From Verrucomicrobiales bacterium (GTDB lineage Bacteria > Verrucomicrobiota > Verrucomicrobiia > Verrucomicrobiales > DEV007): 64,000 nucleotides of DNA. Where the stretch lies: positions 44,981-108,980 of the forward strand of contig JAYRWX010000042.1 in the NCBI GenBank assembly GCA_041917795.1, read 5' to 3'. This document shows, one piece after another, positions 8,274 through 18,198 of this stretch; position 1 is the first letter of the stretch, and each line of letters begins with the position of its first letter. The notes beneath the pieces are model-generated. The model saw nothing but the letters and a program-made list of their open reading frames with translations, had not been told where the DNA came from and did not search any database. The position numbers and the translations under genes were made by a program.

Positions 8274-9727
8274 AGGGCCCGTAAAGCCGCCCCGAGGTGC
8301 TCCGCCACCAGGGTCGAGGTCAAGGACTCGGAAGCGATCCCGCGCTCGCGGACCGCGATCTCCGCGGAGCGTCCCAGCAGCCAACTGCCGAGGCACGCGG
8401 CATCGTGCAGATCCAATCCTTGGGCGATCCAGGCCGCGCAGAGGCCGGACAGCACATCCCCCATGCCACCCGAGGCCATCCCGGGATGGCCCGTGCTGTT
8501 GAACTCGAGGGGACGTCCCGGCGAAGCGATGATCGTGCGCGCGCCTTTCAGGAGCAGGGTCAATCCGTGATCGTCGGAAAAGCGACGTGCCTGGGTGGCC
8601 CGGTCGAGGGCGCGCGATCCCTCCCACAGCCGAGCCATTTCCCCGGGATGTGGGGTCAACAGTCGGTTCGGGGGCAGTTCGGCGAGGCCGCCAGGCTCCG
8701 CGGCGAGGGCGTTGAGCGCGTCGGCATCGATCACAAGCGGCTGCGGTTGATGGATCAGGAAATCGAGCAAGCCTGGCAGAGGTTTCGGGCCCAAGCCCGG
8801 GCCGACGGCAAAAACATCGCCGTTCAGCGCCGCGACTTCGTCAAAATGATCAACACTCCGCACCATCACCTCGGGCGGGGCTTTTGTGGCGGTGAGGTCG
8901 TGGATTTCCGCGGGCACACAGAGCGTCACCAGGCCGGCTCCACCGTGAGAGGCGCCCAGCGCCGTGAGAATCGCAGCTCCGGTGTAGCCCCTTGATCCTG
9001 CCACGATCACGACGCGGCCCGCCTTCCCCTTGTGGGTGTCGAAATCCCGTCGCGGCAGGCGTGGGCGTAGGTTCGAGGGAAAAAGGACGCCCCGCGTGGC
9101 ATCGACTTCCGCGACCGGAATGTCGAGCGGGATCTCGACAAGCCGCCCCACCGCATTGGCCGCGGCATCCGAGACAAACCCCCGCTTTGGCAGAGTGATG
9201 CTGAGGGTGAAATCGGCCACGATCGCATCGGGACCGGCGAGGCCACTGTCGGCGTCGAAGCCCGAAGGCAGGTCGATCGCGAAGGTCGTGCCGTGCTCCC
9301 GCAAGCGCAGCGCATTCGCCTCCCGCGCGAGATCGCGGACCCGGCCCCTTAGTTCTCCTTTGGCCCCGATCCCGACGAGCCCATCGACGATCACGAGCGG
9401 CCGAGGGACAGGTCCCTGAGAAATCGGGACAGCCTCCGCCTCGAGCTCCCGCCATTTTTGGGCCGGCAATCCTCCGAGCTCCTCCATCGAAACGGCCGAG
9501 TGGAGGGACAAGTCCCAGCCGCCCCGGCGCAGCCACCGCGCGACCACGAGGGCGTCGCCTCCGTTGTTGCCTTTGCCCACGAAGATCGCGGCGCGGCCAG
9601 GTTGCGGAAAAAAATCAAGAATGGCTGCGGCGCAGAGCCGGCCCGCCTCGTCCATCCAGGGCTCGGCAGAGCGTCCGGCGAAAAAGGCCCGCTCCGCACT
9701 CGCGATGGCGTCGCAGCTCGCGAGCAT
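8252..9727 (-). CDS. nnr: bifunctional NAD(P)H-hydrate repair enzyme (epimerase/ADP-dependent dehydratase, YjeF)
   Basis: The N-terminal YjeF_N region reads FVGKGNNGGDALVVARWL. The C-terminal carbohydrate-kinase-like region reads GKAGRVVIVAGSRGYTGAA...GMASGGMGDVLSG. Confidence 0.9.
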   Translation of the reverse strand: MLASCDAIASAERAFFAGRSAEPWMDEAGRLCAAAILDFFPQPGRAAIFVGKGNNGGDALVVARWLRRGGWDLSLHSAVSMEELGGLPAQKWRELEAEAVPISQGPVPRPLVIVDGLVGIGAKGELRGRVRDLAREANALRLREHGTTFAIDLPSGFDADSGLAGPDAIVADFTLSITLPKRGFVSDAAANAVGRLVEIPLDIPVAEVDATRGVLFPSNLRPRLPRRDFDTHKGKAGRVVIVAGSRGYTGAAILTALGASHGGAGLVTLCVPAEIHDLTATKAPPEVMVRSVDHFDEVAALNGDVFAVGPGLGPKPLPGLLDFLIHQPQPLVIDADALNALAAEPGGLAELPPNRLLTPHPGEMARLWEGSRALDRATQARRFSDDHGLTLLLKGARTIIASPGRPLEFNSTGHPGMASGGMGDVLSGLCAAWIAQGLDLHDAACLGSWLLGRSAEIAVRERGIASESLTSTLVAEHLGAALRALQTPGSP

Positions 9728-9740
9728 GGCGGAACCGGCC

Positions 9741-10343
9741 TCAGCGGCAGTATTGCACCACCGCCCGCGCGATGCTGTCGGCGACGATTTGGCGGTAGAG
9801 TGGGTCGCACATCGCGCTGCGCTCTTCCTTGTTGCTCACGAATCCTCCCTCGACGAGCACCGCGGGATGTTTCGTGTTGCGGAGCACCGCGAAGTTCGCG
9901 GTCTTGACCCCGCGGTCGGTGGCTTTCGTGTTTTTGATCAACTCCTTCTGCACGAAGTTGGCGAGCTTTTCACTCTCGGAACTGCGGAAGAAGGTCTCGA
10001 TGCCGAGAGCAGCGGTGCGGTAACTCGAGTTGAAATGGACGCTGACAAAAATGGCGTTGCGGGCGCGGTTGGCGATCACGGACCGCTCGGAGAGGGCGAT
10101 GAACTCGTCCTTCGTCCGGGTCATGATGGTCTTGAAGCCCGCTTCCTGCAGGCTGCGTTCGAGACGTCGGGCGACATCGAGGTTGATGTGTTTCTCGTAA
10201 ACGTAGGAGTCGGCCGCACCCAGGTCGGCGCCGCCGTGGCCGGGATCGATGACGATGGTCTGGATCGCTCCCGCACTGCTTGCTCCCAGAAGGAAAGCCG
10301 TCAGCAACAGGGTCTTGAAACGAGGAAAACGCGCGGCGTTCAT
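9741..10343 (-). CDS. N-acetylmuramoyl-L-alanine amidase (Amidase_3)
   Basis: It has a signal peptide followed by IVIDPGHGGADLGA...FVSVHFNSS...TKHPAVLVEGGFVSN. Confidence 0.88.
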   Translation of the reverse strand: MNAARFPRFKTLLLTAFLLGASSAGAIQTIVIDPGHGGADLGAADSYVYEKHINLDVARRLERSLQEAGFKTIMTRTKDEFIALSERSVIANRARNAIFVSVHFNSSYRTAALGIETFFRSSESEKLANFVQKELIKNTKATDRGVKTANFAVLRNTKHPAVLVEGGFVSNKEERSAMCDPLYRQIVADSIARAVVQYCR

Positions 10344-10608
10344 GCGATGGGATCACGAAAGGTAGGGTCCGGGCAAAAACTTTCCACTAAAATTGAAAGA
10401 AATTTTAAATTTTTACCGTAATTAAAGGTTTTGACGGTCAAAATTTTGAGAAATGTGGACAAATTTGACCTTCGCAGCGGTTCCGGTCCGCAGTTCTGAA
10501 CGAAGAAGGCGTCGCTTTCTTAGAGGTCCTTCACCTTGACCGCTTGGGGAAGGGGCTTAGTGTCCCGGGCCGGGTCCGATCCGGTGCTATCGAATCCACC
10601 CCTTGCCC

Positions 10609-11313
10609 ATGCAAACCCCTACCCGTTTCCAGATCGCGTGTGTCCTTCTCGCGCTCTCCCCGCTGACGATGACCACCGCGACCCAGGCCCAGGATGCCAA
10701 AAAGCCCGAATCCCTCACCGAGCGCATCAGCTATTCCTATGGCCTGATGATTGCCCGCCAGCTCACCGATCGGGGCATCGAGGTCGATCTCGCTCAGTTC
10801 ACCGAGGCTTTCCGTTCCGTGCTCGAAAAGCGCGAGCCCGTCCTGAGCGAGGACGAGGTGACCGCCGCGTTCTCCGAAAACCAGAAAAACCTGGCGGAGA
10901 AGAATGCGACCGGTCCAGACCGGGTCAATCTGGATGCCGGCAAGGCGTTTCTCGCCGAGAATGGCAAGAAGGAAGGAATCACCACCACCGCCAGCGGTCT
11001 GCAATACGAAGTGATCAAGGCCGCCGAGGGACCCAAACCCAAAGCCACCGACGAGGTCACGGTGCACTACCACGGTACCCTCATCGACGGCAAGGTCTTC
11101 GATAGCAGCGTCGAGCGCGGCGAGCCCGCCACCTTCCCGCTCAACGGCGTCATCCCCGGTTGGACCGAAGGCGTCCAACTGATGCCGACCGGTTCGAAGT
11201 ATCGTTTCTTCATCCCCTACGACCTCGCCTATGGTGAACGCGGCGCCGGTGCCGACATCAAGCCCTACAGCACGCTGGTCTTCGAGGTCGAGCTGCTGAA
11301 GATCGGCGAGTGA
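10609..11313 (+). CDS. FKBP-type peptidyl-prolyl cis-trans isomerase (FkpA/Mip-like, exported)
   Basis: VTVHYHGTLIDGKVFDSSVERGEPATFPLNGVIPGWTEGVQLM...LVFEVELL. The ORF-track start at 10603 is a TTG, and the first ATG is at 10609. Confidence 0.9.
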   Translation: MQTPTRFQIACVLLALSPLTMTTATQAQDAKKPESLTERISYSYGLMIARQLTDRGIEVDLAQFTEAFRSVLEKREPVLSEDEVTAAFSENQKNLAEKNATGPDRVNLDAGKAFLAENGKKEGITTTASGLQYEVIKAAEGPKPKATDEVTVHYHGTLIDGKVFDSSVERGEPATFPLNGVIPGWTEGVQLMPTGSKYRFFIPYDLAYGERGAGADIKPYSTLVFEVELLKIGE

Positions 11314-11314
11314 T

Positions 11315-12106
11315 TCAAATCTCCACCATCGCGGGGATCGCGCTCTCCAGCAGGGCGAAGAGTTCCCGCGATGCGGATCGACCGACTTCCATCACCTCCT
11401 CGTGACTGAGCGGGGTGGGGGAGAGACCGGCTCCGTAGTTCGTCAGGCAGGAAAGAGCCACCACCCGCATGCCGAGGGCGCGGGCCTGGATGGCTTCGGG
11501 CACCGTCGACATGCCGACGGCGTCAGCCCCGAGGGTGCGCAGCATGCGGACCTCTGCCGGGGTCTCGTATTCGGGGCCGTTCACCCAGGCATAGACGCCT
11601 TCGGGAATGCGTTTTCCGCACACTTCGAGAGCCTCGGCCCGGATCAGATCTCGGAGTGCCCGGGAATACACCTCGCTCTGGTCGATGAAATCCGGGCCGC
11701 CGGTCAGGGGCGATTGCCGCGCGAAATTGAGGTGATCCGAAACCAGCATCCAGCCGCCTGGCCGCAGGTTCGCGTTCACGATCCCGGCGGCATTGGTCAG
11801 CACCACCGTGCCCACCGCCATCTCGCAGAAAAGTCGGATCAGCGCTGCCGCTTCGCGGGCGGTGCGGCCCTCGTAGACATGGACGCGGCCCTGGGCAACG
11901 ACGATCTCGACTCCGCCGATCTTTCCCACGTGCAAGATCCCGGCGTGGCCCGGCACTCCGCTGACCGGCAGCCCGGGAATCTCCACGTAGGGCACGGATC
12001 GAGCGCCTTCCAACAGATCAGCAAATCCTCCCAAGCCCGAGCCCAACACCAGTCCGATCCGGGGACGAAGCTTGCCCAAGGAGGCCGGGAGCGTGAATTC
12101 GGACAT
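11315..12106 (-). CDS. purine nucleoside phosphorylase (PunA family)
   Basis: IGLVLGSGLGGFADLL...GHAGILHVGKIGG...VVLTNAAGIVN...VGMSTVPE. Confidence 0.85.
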   Translation of the reverse strand: MSEFTLPASLGKLRPRIGLVLGSGLGGFADLLEGARSVPYVEIPGLPVSGVPGHAGILHVGKIGGVEIVVAQGRVHVYEGRTAREAAALIRLFCEMAVGTVVLTNAAGIVNANLRPGGWMLVSDHLNFARQSPLTGGPDFIDQSEVYSRALRDLIRAEALEVCGKRIPEGVYAWVNGPEYETPAEVRMLRTLGADAVGMSTVPEAIQARALGMRVVALSCLTNYGAGLSPTPLSHEEVMEVGRSASRELFALLESAIPAMVEI

Positions 12107-12109
12107 GCC

Positions 12110-13030
12110 TCAGTGTGGAACCGATCCGGTCACCGCGCAAATCTCGCGATGGAGCCGCTCCAGCTCCGGTGCCGCCACCTCGGTCGCTCGAGCCGCCCGC
12201 AACGGAGCCCCCCAGATCGCCTCAATCTCGACGGCCCGTCCCGCGAGGTGATCGACGAGGCTGGAAGGTTGGTAGGGTCCCATCTCGCGGGTGCCCGAGA
12301 GGTTCGCCTCGGCGAAGGAATCGGGGATCACGTGTCCCAGCGCCGCCGCGATTCGGATCACCTCGGCCATGAGGGCGCGGGTTCGTTCCACCAAAGCCGG
12401 GTCGTCAAGGATCTGCCGCGTGTCGAGCCCACCGGCGGCGATGGCGAGCCCGTTGAAGGGCACGTTCCAGACCAGCTTGCGCCAGCGCGCCAGGCCGAGG
12501 TCGGGCAGCACGCGGCAATCGAGGCCCGCCCGCAGAAACAGCTCCGACACCGGTCCGAGGACTTCGGGACGATTCCACGACCCCATCTCGACCTTGCCGT
12601 GGGCGAGGTGATGAATCACGCCCGGTGCCCCGCGGTTGATGCAAACAAAACAAAGGCCGCCGAGGATACCATGCCCAGGGAATTGCGATTCCAAATAGGC
12701 CTCGTTGCCGAGACCATTTTGCAGGGTCAGCAGCACCGTGCCGGGCTTCAGCAAGGGAGGCAACAGGTCGGGCAGATCGGCATTCGAAGTCGTCTTGATC
12801 GCGATCACGACCAGATCGACCGCCCCGATTTCCTCCGTCGTGGCAAAGGCCGAAACCGGCGCGAGGTGGAAGTCGCCCGCGACCGAGCGGACTTCGAGCC
12901 CGCGTTCGCGCACCGCCGCGAGATCGCGGCGCATCAGGAACGACACCTCCGCGACCCGGGCGAGGCGGGCACCGTAATAGGCACCGACCGAGCCGGATCC
13001 CACGATGGCGATGCGTCGGGGACTCCACAT
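12110..13030 (-). CDS. panE: 2-dehydropantoate 2-reductase
   Basis: It has the Rossmann motif IAIVGSGSVGAYYGARLA and an ApbA/PanE-like C-terminal domain. It is 306 aa long. Confidence 0.8.
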   Translation of the reverse strand: MWSPRRIAIVGSGSVGAYYGARLARVAEVSFLMRRDLAAVRERGLEVRSVAGDFHLAPVSAFATTEEIGAVDLVVIAIKTTSNADLPDLLPPLLKPGTVLLTLQNGLGNEAYLESQFPGHGILGGLCFVCINRGAPGVIHHLAHGKVEMGSWNRPEVLGPVSELFLRAGLDCRVLPDLGLARWRKLVWNVPFNGLAIAAGGLDTRQILDDPALVERTRALMAEVIRIAAALGHVIPDSFAEANLSGTREMGPYQPSSLVDHLAGRAVEIEAIWGAPLRAARATEVAAPELERLHREICAVTGSVPH

Positions 13031-13090
13031 TTTCCTCTCTGATACGCCCGGCGCGCGCCCCGGGCAAACGCCATTGCCTCAGCCCCCGGA

Positions 13091-15547
13091 ATGGAGCAGA
13101 CTCAAGAGGGTCTGGTCGCGGACCTGACCCTCTTCACTACTGCCTTCACCGTGCCACTCCGCCCCAAAATCCTCGCCTCCGCCGGGCTTGTCTTGCTGTT
13201 ATCTTCCTCGGCGGACGGTCAGGCCATGAAATCCGGGAAACTCGAAGCCATCGATCGCGAGATCCTCGCGGCCATCGCGCGCCAGGAAATCCCGGGGGCG
13301 GTGCTTTGGATCGAGTCGAAAGGAGAGTCCTATCACCGGGCTTACGGCGATCGCATGATCTCGCCCCAGCGCGAGCCGATGACGGAAGACACGATCTTCG
13401 ACCTCGCCAGCCTGACGAAGGTGATGGCGACGACGCCGGCGATTCTGAAGTTGGTCGGCGAGGGCAAGATCTCCCTCGACGACCGGGTGGTCGATCGTCT
13501 GCCGGAGTTTGGCAAAGGCGGGGTGCGGCCGGAGGCCGGCGATCCGAAGCCAATCGTCGCCGATCGCGAAACGATCACGGTGGCGCATCTCCTGACCCAT
13601 CGCAGCGGGCTGCCACCGGGCATTTTCCTCAGTGAAGGAGACCTCTACGGCTACACGAGTGGTGTGGAACGGGCCGCTACGGTGGGCCTGCTGGAAAAGC
13701 CCGATCACCATTTCCGTTACAGCGATGTGAACTTCATCCTGCTCGGCGAGATCGTGCGAAGGGCGTCCGGAATGCCGCTCGATCGCTACGTCGGGGAGCA
13801 CTTCTACGGGCCTCTGGGGATGAGCGACACCGGTTTTCGCCCCGATGATTCACTGCGGCCCCGGATCGCCCCGACGACCATGATTCCCGAATACGGTCTG
13901 CTCCGGGGCGAGGTCCACGATCCCACGGCCCGTCGCATGGGAGGCGTGGCCGGACACGCCGGCCTGTTCGGAACCGCGAAGGATGTCGCGGCTTACGTCC
14001 GCTTCTTCCTCTATCCTGACAAACAGCCAAGCCCCCTGCTCCCCGCCGATCTGATGCGCGAGGCGACCCGCAACCAACTCGCGGAGTCTTTCGGCATCGC
14101 CCGCGGGCTGGGTTGGGACATCAGCTCGTCCTTCTCCCACGAGCGTGGGGAAAAGTTCCCGATGGAGGGTTATGGACACACCGGCTGGACCGGCACCTCG
14201 ATCTGGGTCGATCCGGGCACGGAGACCTTCGTGATCCTGCTGACGAACCGCAACCATCCCACCGAGGCGGGACTGGTGAAACCCTTGCGCTTCCGTGTCG
14301 GCACCCTCGCCGCCGAGGCGGTCGGCTATACGAAGGTGATCCCGAATCCGGTCGTGCCCGCACCCGCGCCGTCGATCACGCCCACCGCCGCGGGTGATCC
14401 GGGCAGTGTCCGCAACGGCATCGACGTGCTCGAGCGCGAACGTTTCGCAGCTCTCGCCGGGCTCAAGGTCGGTCTGATCACCAACCAGACCGGCATCAAC
14501 CGCCTGCGGCGATCCACCATCGATCTGTTTGCCGAGTCGGCGGAGGTGGATCTGAGGGTGCTTTTCTCTCCCGAGCATGGTATCCGGGGCATGCTGGATC
14601 AGGAGGCGATCGATGACGAAGTCGACGCTGCGACCGGTCTGCCGGTTTACAGCCTCTACCAATCCGAAAAACGCAAGCCGACTCCGGAGCAGCTCGCGGG
14701 TCTCGACGCGCTCGTCTTCGACATCCAGGACATCGGTTGCCGCTTTTACACCTACGTCTCGACGATGGGTCTGGCGATGGAGGCCGCCAAGGAAGCAGGG
14801 ATCCGCTTCATCGTGCTCGACCGGGTCAATCCCATCGGCGGGGTCGTCGTGGATGGCCCGATCCGCGAGGGCGAGGGGAACGACTTCGTCGCTTTTCACG
14901 ACATCCCGGTCCAGCACGGCATGACCGCAGGGGAGTTGGCGACGATGTTCAACGCGGAGAGGAAAATCGGCGCCGATCTCACCGTGGTCCGCGTCGAGGG
15001 CTGGGATCCATCGATGCGTTTCGACGAGACCGGACTGCCTTGGGTCAATCCCTCGCCGAACATGCGCAGCCTGACCCAGGCGCTGCTCTATCCGGGCGTC
15101 GGGCTGATCGAGTTCACCAACGTCTCGGTCGGTCGCGGCACGCCGATGCCCTTTGAGCAGATTGGGGCACCGTGGATCAACGACGGCCGTCTCGCCCGCT
15201 TGCTGCGCGAGGCGAACCTGCCGGGTCTCGCGGTGGTGCCGACGCGATTCACGCCTGACGCCAGCGTCTATGCCGGCGAGGATTGCGCCGGAGTCCGTTT
15301 CCTGATCAGCGATCGCGACCGCTTCCGGCCACTCGATCTCGGGATCGCGCTGATGCGGGCGATCCAGGAGCTGAATCCCGATACCTTCGATCTCGGTGAA
15401 AAGGGCAACGTGCTGCTCCGGCACCCCGGCACGATCGGTGCGGTGGTGGAGGGCATCTCGATCGAGGAAATCCGAGCGGCCTGGCAGCCGGGGCTGGAGG
15501 CCTTCTTGAAACGTCGCGAAGCTTATCTATTGTATCCCCGGCCATGA
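13091..15547 (+). CDS. fusion protein: N-terminal serine hydrolase (beta-lactamase/PBP4*-like) plus C-terminal DUF1343 (NamZ-type exo-N-acetylmuramidase-like)
   Basis: The N-terminal half has the SxxK motif ([11 protein letters not shown]), and a signal-like segment [13 protein letters not shown] is present. The C-terminal half has [11 protein letters not shown]...[11 protein letters not shown]...[10 protein letters not shown]...[12 protein letters not shown], which is typical of DUF1343. Confidence 0.8.
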   Translation: MEQTQEGLVADLTLFTTAFTVPLRPKILASAGLVLLLSSSADGQAMKSGKLEAIDREILAAIARQEIPGAVLWIESKGESYHRAYGDRMISPQREPMTEDTIFDLASLTKVMATTPAILKLVGEGKISLDDRVVDRLPEFGKGGVRPEAGDPKPIVADRETITVAHLLTHRSGLPPGIFLSEGDLYGYTSGVERAATVGLLEKPDHHFRYSDVNFILLGEIVRRASGMPLDRYVGEHFYGPLGMSDTGFRPDDSLRPRIAPTTMIPEYGLLRGEVHDPTARRMGGVAGHAGLFGTAKDVAAYVRFFLYPDKQPSPLLPADLMREATRNQLAESFGIARGLGWDISSSFSHERGEKFPMEGYGHTGWTGTSIWVDPGTETFVILLTNRNHPTEAGLVKPLRFRVGTLAAEAVGYTKVIPNPVVPAPAPSITPTAAGDPGSVRNGIDVLERERFAALAGLKVGLITNQTGINRLRRSTIDLFAESAEVDLRVLFSPEHGIRGMLDQEAIDDEVDAATGLPVYSLYQSEKRKPTPEQLAGLDALVFDIQDIGCRFYTYVSTMGLAMEAAKEAGIRFIVLDRVNPIGGVVVDGPIREGEGNDFVAFHDIPVQHGMTAGELATMFNAERKIGADLTVVRVEGWDPSMRFDETGLPWVNPSPNMRSLTQALLYPGVGLIEFTNVSVGRGTPMPFEQIGAPWINDGRLARLLREANLPGLAVVPTRFTPDASVYAGEDCAGVRFLISDRDRFRPLDLGIALMRAIQELNPDTFDLGEKGNVLLRHPGTIGAVVEGISIEEIRAAWQPGLEAFLKRREAYLLYPRP

Positions 15548-16254
15548 GCGAAGCATCGCCCTACTCCGTCGACCAATACGAGCGCCCCGTTCTGGATACC
15601 CCGAACGGAGCGAAGCGCATCCTCATGCACAGCTGCTGCGCGCCCTGCGCCGCCGAGGTGATGGATGCCCTTGCCGCTTCGAAGATTGAAACCACGATCT
15701 TTTTTTACAATCCCAACATCCATCCGCGCGACGAGTATGAGATCCGCAAGCAGGAGAACATCCGCTACGCGGAGAAGCTGGGGATGGCCTTCATCGACTG
15801 GGACTACAACGCAAAGGACTGGTTCGACCGCACCCAGGGCATGGAGCACGAGCCGGAGCGGGGGATCCGCTGCACCGCCTGTTTCGACATGCGCTTCGAG
15901 GTGACCGCCGACTACGCCGCCGAGCACGGTTTTGACCTGATCTCCAGCACCCTTGGCATCTCGCGCTGGAAGAACATGGACCAGATCAACGGCTGCGGCG
16001 AGCGGGCCGCGGCCCGGCATCCGGGCATGACCTACTGGACCTTCAACTGGAGGAAGCAGGGCGGTGCCCAGCGCATGATCGAGATCTCCAAGCGCGAGGA
16101 ATTTTATCAGCAGGAGTATTGCGGCTGCGTCTACAGCCTGCGCGACACCAATGCCTGGCGGGAATCGCACAATCGCCCGAAGATCACGCGCAAGGTCAAG
16201 TTCTACGGTCGCGACGCGGTCGTGGGCGGGGACGAAGGAGCGGAGACGGCCTGA
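15544..16254 (+). CDS. queH: epoxyqueuosine reductase QueH (DUF208)
   Basis: [11 protein letters not shown]...FFYNPNIHP...CTACFDMRF...EYCGCVYS are the conserved cysteine motifs of QueH. Confidence 0.88.
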   Translation: MSEASPYSVDQYERPVLDTPNGAKRILMHSCCAPCAAEVMDALAASKIETTIFFYNPNIHPRDEYEIRKQENIRYAEKLGMAFIDWDYNAKDWFDRTQGMEHEPERGIRCTACFDMRFEVTADYAAEHGFDLISSTLGISRWKNMDQINGCGERAAARHPGMTYWTFNWRKQGGAQRMIEISKREEFYQQEYCGCVYSLRDTNAWRESHNRPKITRKVKFYGRDAVVGGDEGAETA

Positions 16255-16373
16255 AAATTCCGCCTTGAAAAGGCCCGGGCCGTGGCGACATTACCCGCCC
16301 TGCCCGCATCGTCTACCGGACTCGTCGATGGGGGCGCGACTCCTGAAGCCCAATCGCCGAGCGATCGCAAAAA

Positions 16374-16463
16374 GGAGGGATGGCTGAGCCCGGTTTAAGG
16401 CGCTCGATTCGAAATCGAGTGTAGGGAAACCTACCGTGGGTTCGAATCCCACTCCCTCCGCCA
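16374..16463 (+). tRNA. tRNA-Ser (anticodon CGA), CCA encoded
   Basis: The acceptor stem is GGAGGGA/TCCCTCC. The anticodon stem CTCGA/TCGAG has loop TTCGAAA. There is a long variable arm and the T-arm is GGGTTCGAATCCC. The discriminator is G and CCA lies at 16461-16463. Confidence 0.92.
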
Positions 16464-16510
16464 TTGGATTGGGCGAGGCCCAGCGAAGCGGGCCTCGCCC
16501 AATCCAATTT
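16464..16510 (+). terminator. strong hairpin directly after tRNA-Ser (18-bp stem, 8-nt loop) followed by TTT
   Basis: TTGGATTGGGCGAGGCCC-agcgaagc-GGGCCTCGCCCAATCCAA-TTT, read directly from the sequence. Confidence 0.7.
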
Positions 16511-16755
16511 CGGTGGAAAGGGTTCGAACGCCGTTCGATTCGAAGCGAGCGGATGCGAGCGGAGGTGAGCAAAGCGAACCGGCGTCCGTAGGACGAGCGA
16601 AGCGTCCAACGGCGGAGCGAAGCGCAGGCAATCCCACTCCCTCCTCGCCTCGTGAGGGGCCTGCCCGAGCCTTTCCGGTTGCGCGGGGGAGTTTTCTTGG
16701 AAAGACTGCGCGGTTCGATCGTTCCAGTTTTCACAGCCACGCCAGGGTGCCTGAT

Positions 16756-18198
16756 ATGCGGTTCACGACCTTGATCCTTTTCTCTCTATTGCTTTCGCCA
16801 GCGCCCCAGCTCGGGGCGGTGGAGTCGGCGAAGAAGGCTCCCGGGAAACGGCCGAACATCGTCCTGGTGATGTCCGACGACCAGGGCTGGGGCGATGTGG
16901 GTTACAACGGGCATCCCCATCTGAAAACCCCGCACCTCGACGAGGCGGCGGCGGCGGGGCTGCGGTTCGACCACTTTTACGCGGCGGCGCCTTCATGCTC
17001 GCCGACCCGGGCGAGTGTGCTGACGGGGCGTCACCCGAACCGCATGGGAGTCTTCAGCTGGGGCCATCCGATCCGCCCGCAGGAGCTGACGATCGCCGAA
17101 ATGCTGAAACAGGCCGGTTACGCCACCGCTCACTTCGGCAAGTGGCACCTCGGCTCCATCCGTGGCGACAGCCCGGTCAATCCGGGCGCGAACGGTTTTG
17201 ATCGCTGGATCAGCGCTACGAATTTCTTCGACATCGATCCCGAACTCAGCGATCAGGGCCGCGACAAAAAATTCACCGGCGAGGGCAGCATCGTGACGGC
17301 GGATCTGGCGATCGGGTGGATGCGGGAGAGGGCGGCGGAGCAGTTGCCCTTCCTCGCCGTCGTCTGGTTCGGATCGCCCCATTTCCCCCATCATGCCGCG
17401 CCCGAGTTCGAGGCGCTCTACCCGGACGCGCCGAAGAAGGAACGCGAATACTATGGGGAGATTTCCGGCCTGGACCAGGCCTTCGGCAACATCCGTGCCG
17501 CCCTCGGAGAAATGGGGGTACGCGAGAATACCGTGCTCTGGTTCTGTAGCGACAATGGAGCGATGCCGGTGGGCGACGTCGGTGATGCGCGGGGCGGGAA
17601 GCATGTGCTCTACGAGGGCGGTCTGCGCGTTCCGGCCTTTTTGGAGTGGCCCGCGGCGATCCCGACGGCGCGGACGACGCCGGTGCGGTGCGTGACTTCC
17701 GACATCTTCCCCACGGTGCTGGAAGTGGCGGGCGTGGCCGTCCCGACCGACCGGGCTCTCGATGGGATCAGCCTGATTCCTCTGTTCAAGGGCGGCATGG
17801 ATCTGCGACCGGCTCCCCTGGGATTCTGGAACGCGGGTGTGCCGGGGCATTTCACGAATCCGGCCGGGATCATGACCAAGGTCCTGCCGACGGACAACAA
17901 TTGGAGCGAACGCAAGGTCGAGCGTGTCACCCGGAAAGTGGAAAAGATCCCGAAGCAGCGCTTCATCTCCGATGCCTATCAGGGGCACTCGGCCTGGATC
18001 TCGGGGGACTGGAAACTGCACCGCATCTCCGGGGTGGAGGGCGAGAAGGCGCGCTACAGCCTCTACAACCTGACCACCGATCCGCGTGAGCAGCGGGATG
18101 TGGCGAAGGAATATCCGGAGATCACCACGGATCTCTCCGCCGAGCTGGAGCGCTGGCTCGAGAGCGTCGCGGCGAGCTATCGCGGGGCGGATTACTGA
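16756..18198 (+). CDS. arylsulfatase-family sulfatase (formylglycine-dependent), exported
   Basis: MRFTTLILFSLLLSPAPQLGA is a signal peptide. It also has NIVLVMSDDQGWGD and the CSPTR formylglycine motif. The start is set at the ATG at 16756. The ORF-track extension to 16513 runs through the tRNA terminator hairpin. Confidence 0.9.
   Translation: MRFTTLILFSLLLSPAPQLGAVESAKKAPGKRPNIVLVMSDDQGWGDVGYNGHPHLKTPHLDEAAAAGLRFDHFYAAAPSCSPTRASVLTGRHPNRMGVFSWGHPIRPQELTIAEMLKQAGYATAHFGKWHLGSIRGDSPVNPGANGFDRWISATNFFDIDPELSDQGRDKKFTGEGSIVTADLAIGWMRERAAEQLPFLAVVWFGSPHFPHHAAPEFEALYPDAPKKEREYYGEISGLDQAFGNIRAALGEMGVRENTVLWFCSDNGAMPVGDVGDARGGKHVLYEGGLRVPAFLEWPAAIPTARTTPVRCVTSDIFPTVLEVAGVAVPTDRALDGISLIPLFKGGMDLRPAPLGFWNAGVPGHFTNPAGIMTKVLPTDNNWSERKVERVTRKVEKIPKQRFISDAYQGHSAWISGDWKLHRISGVEGEKARYSLYNLTTDPREQRDVAKEYPEITTDLSAELERWLESVAASYRGADY

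Noticed and set aside
16513-16755. An N-terminal 81-codon extension of the sulfatase ORF.
   Set aside because: The extension runs through the tRNA-Ser terminator hairpin and the duplicated tRNA fragment. A proper signal peptide begins at the internal ATG at 16756.
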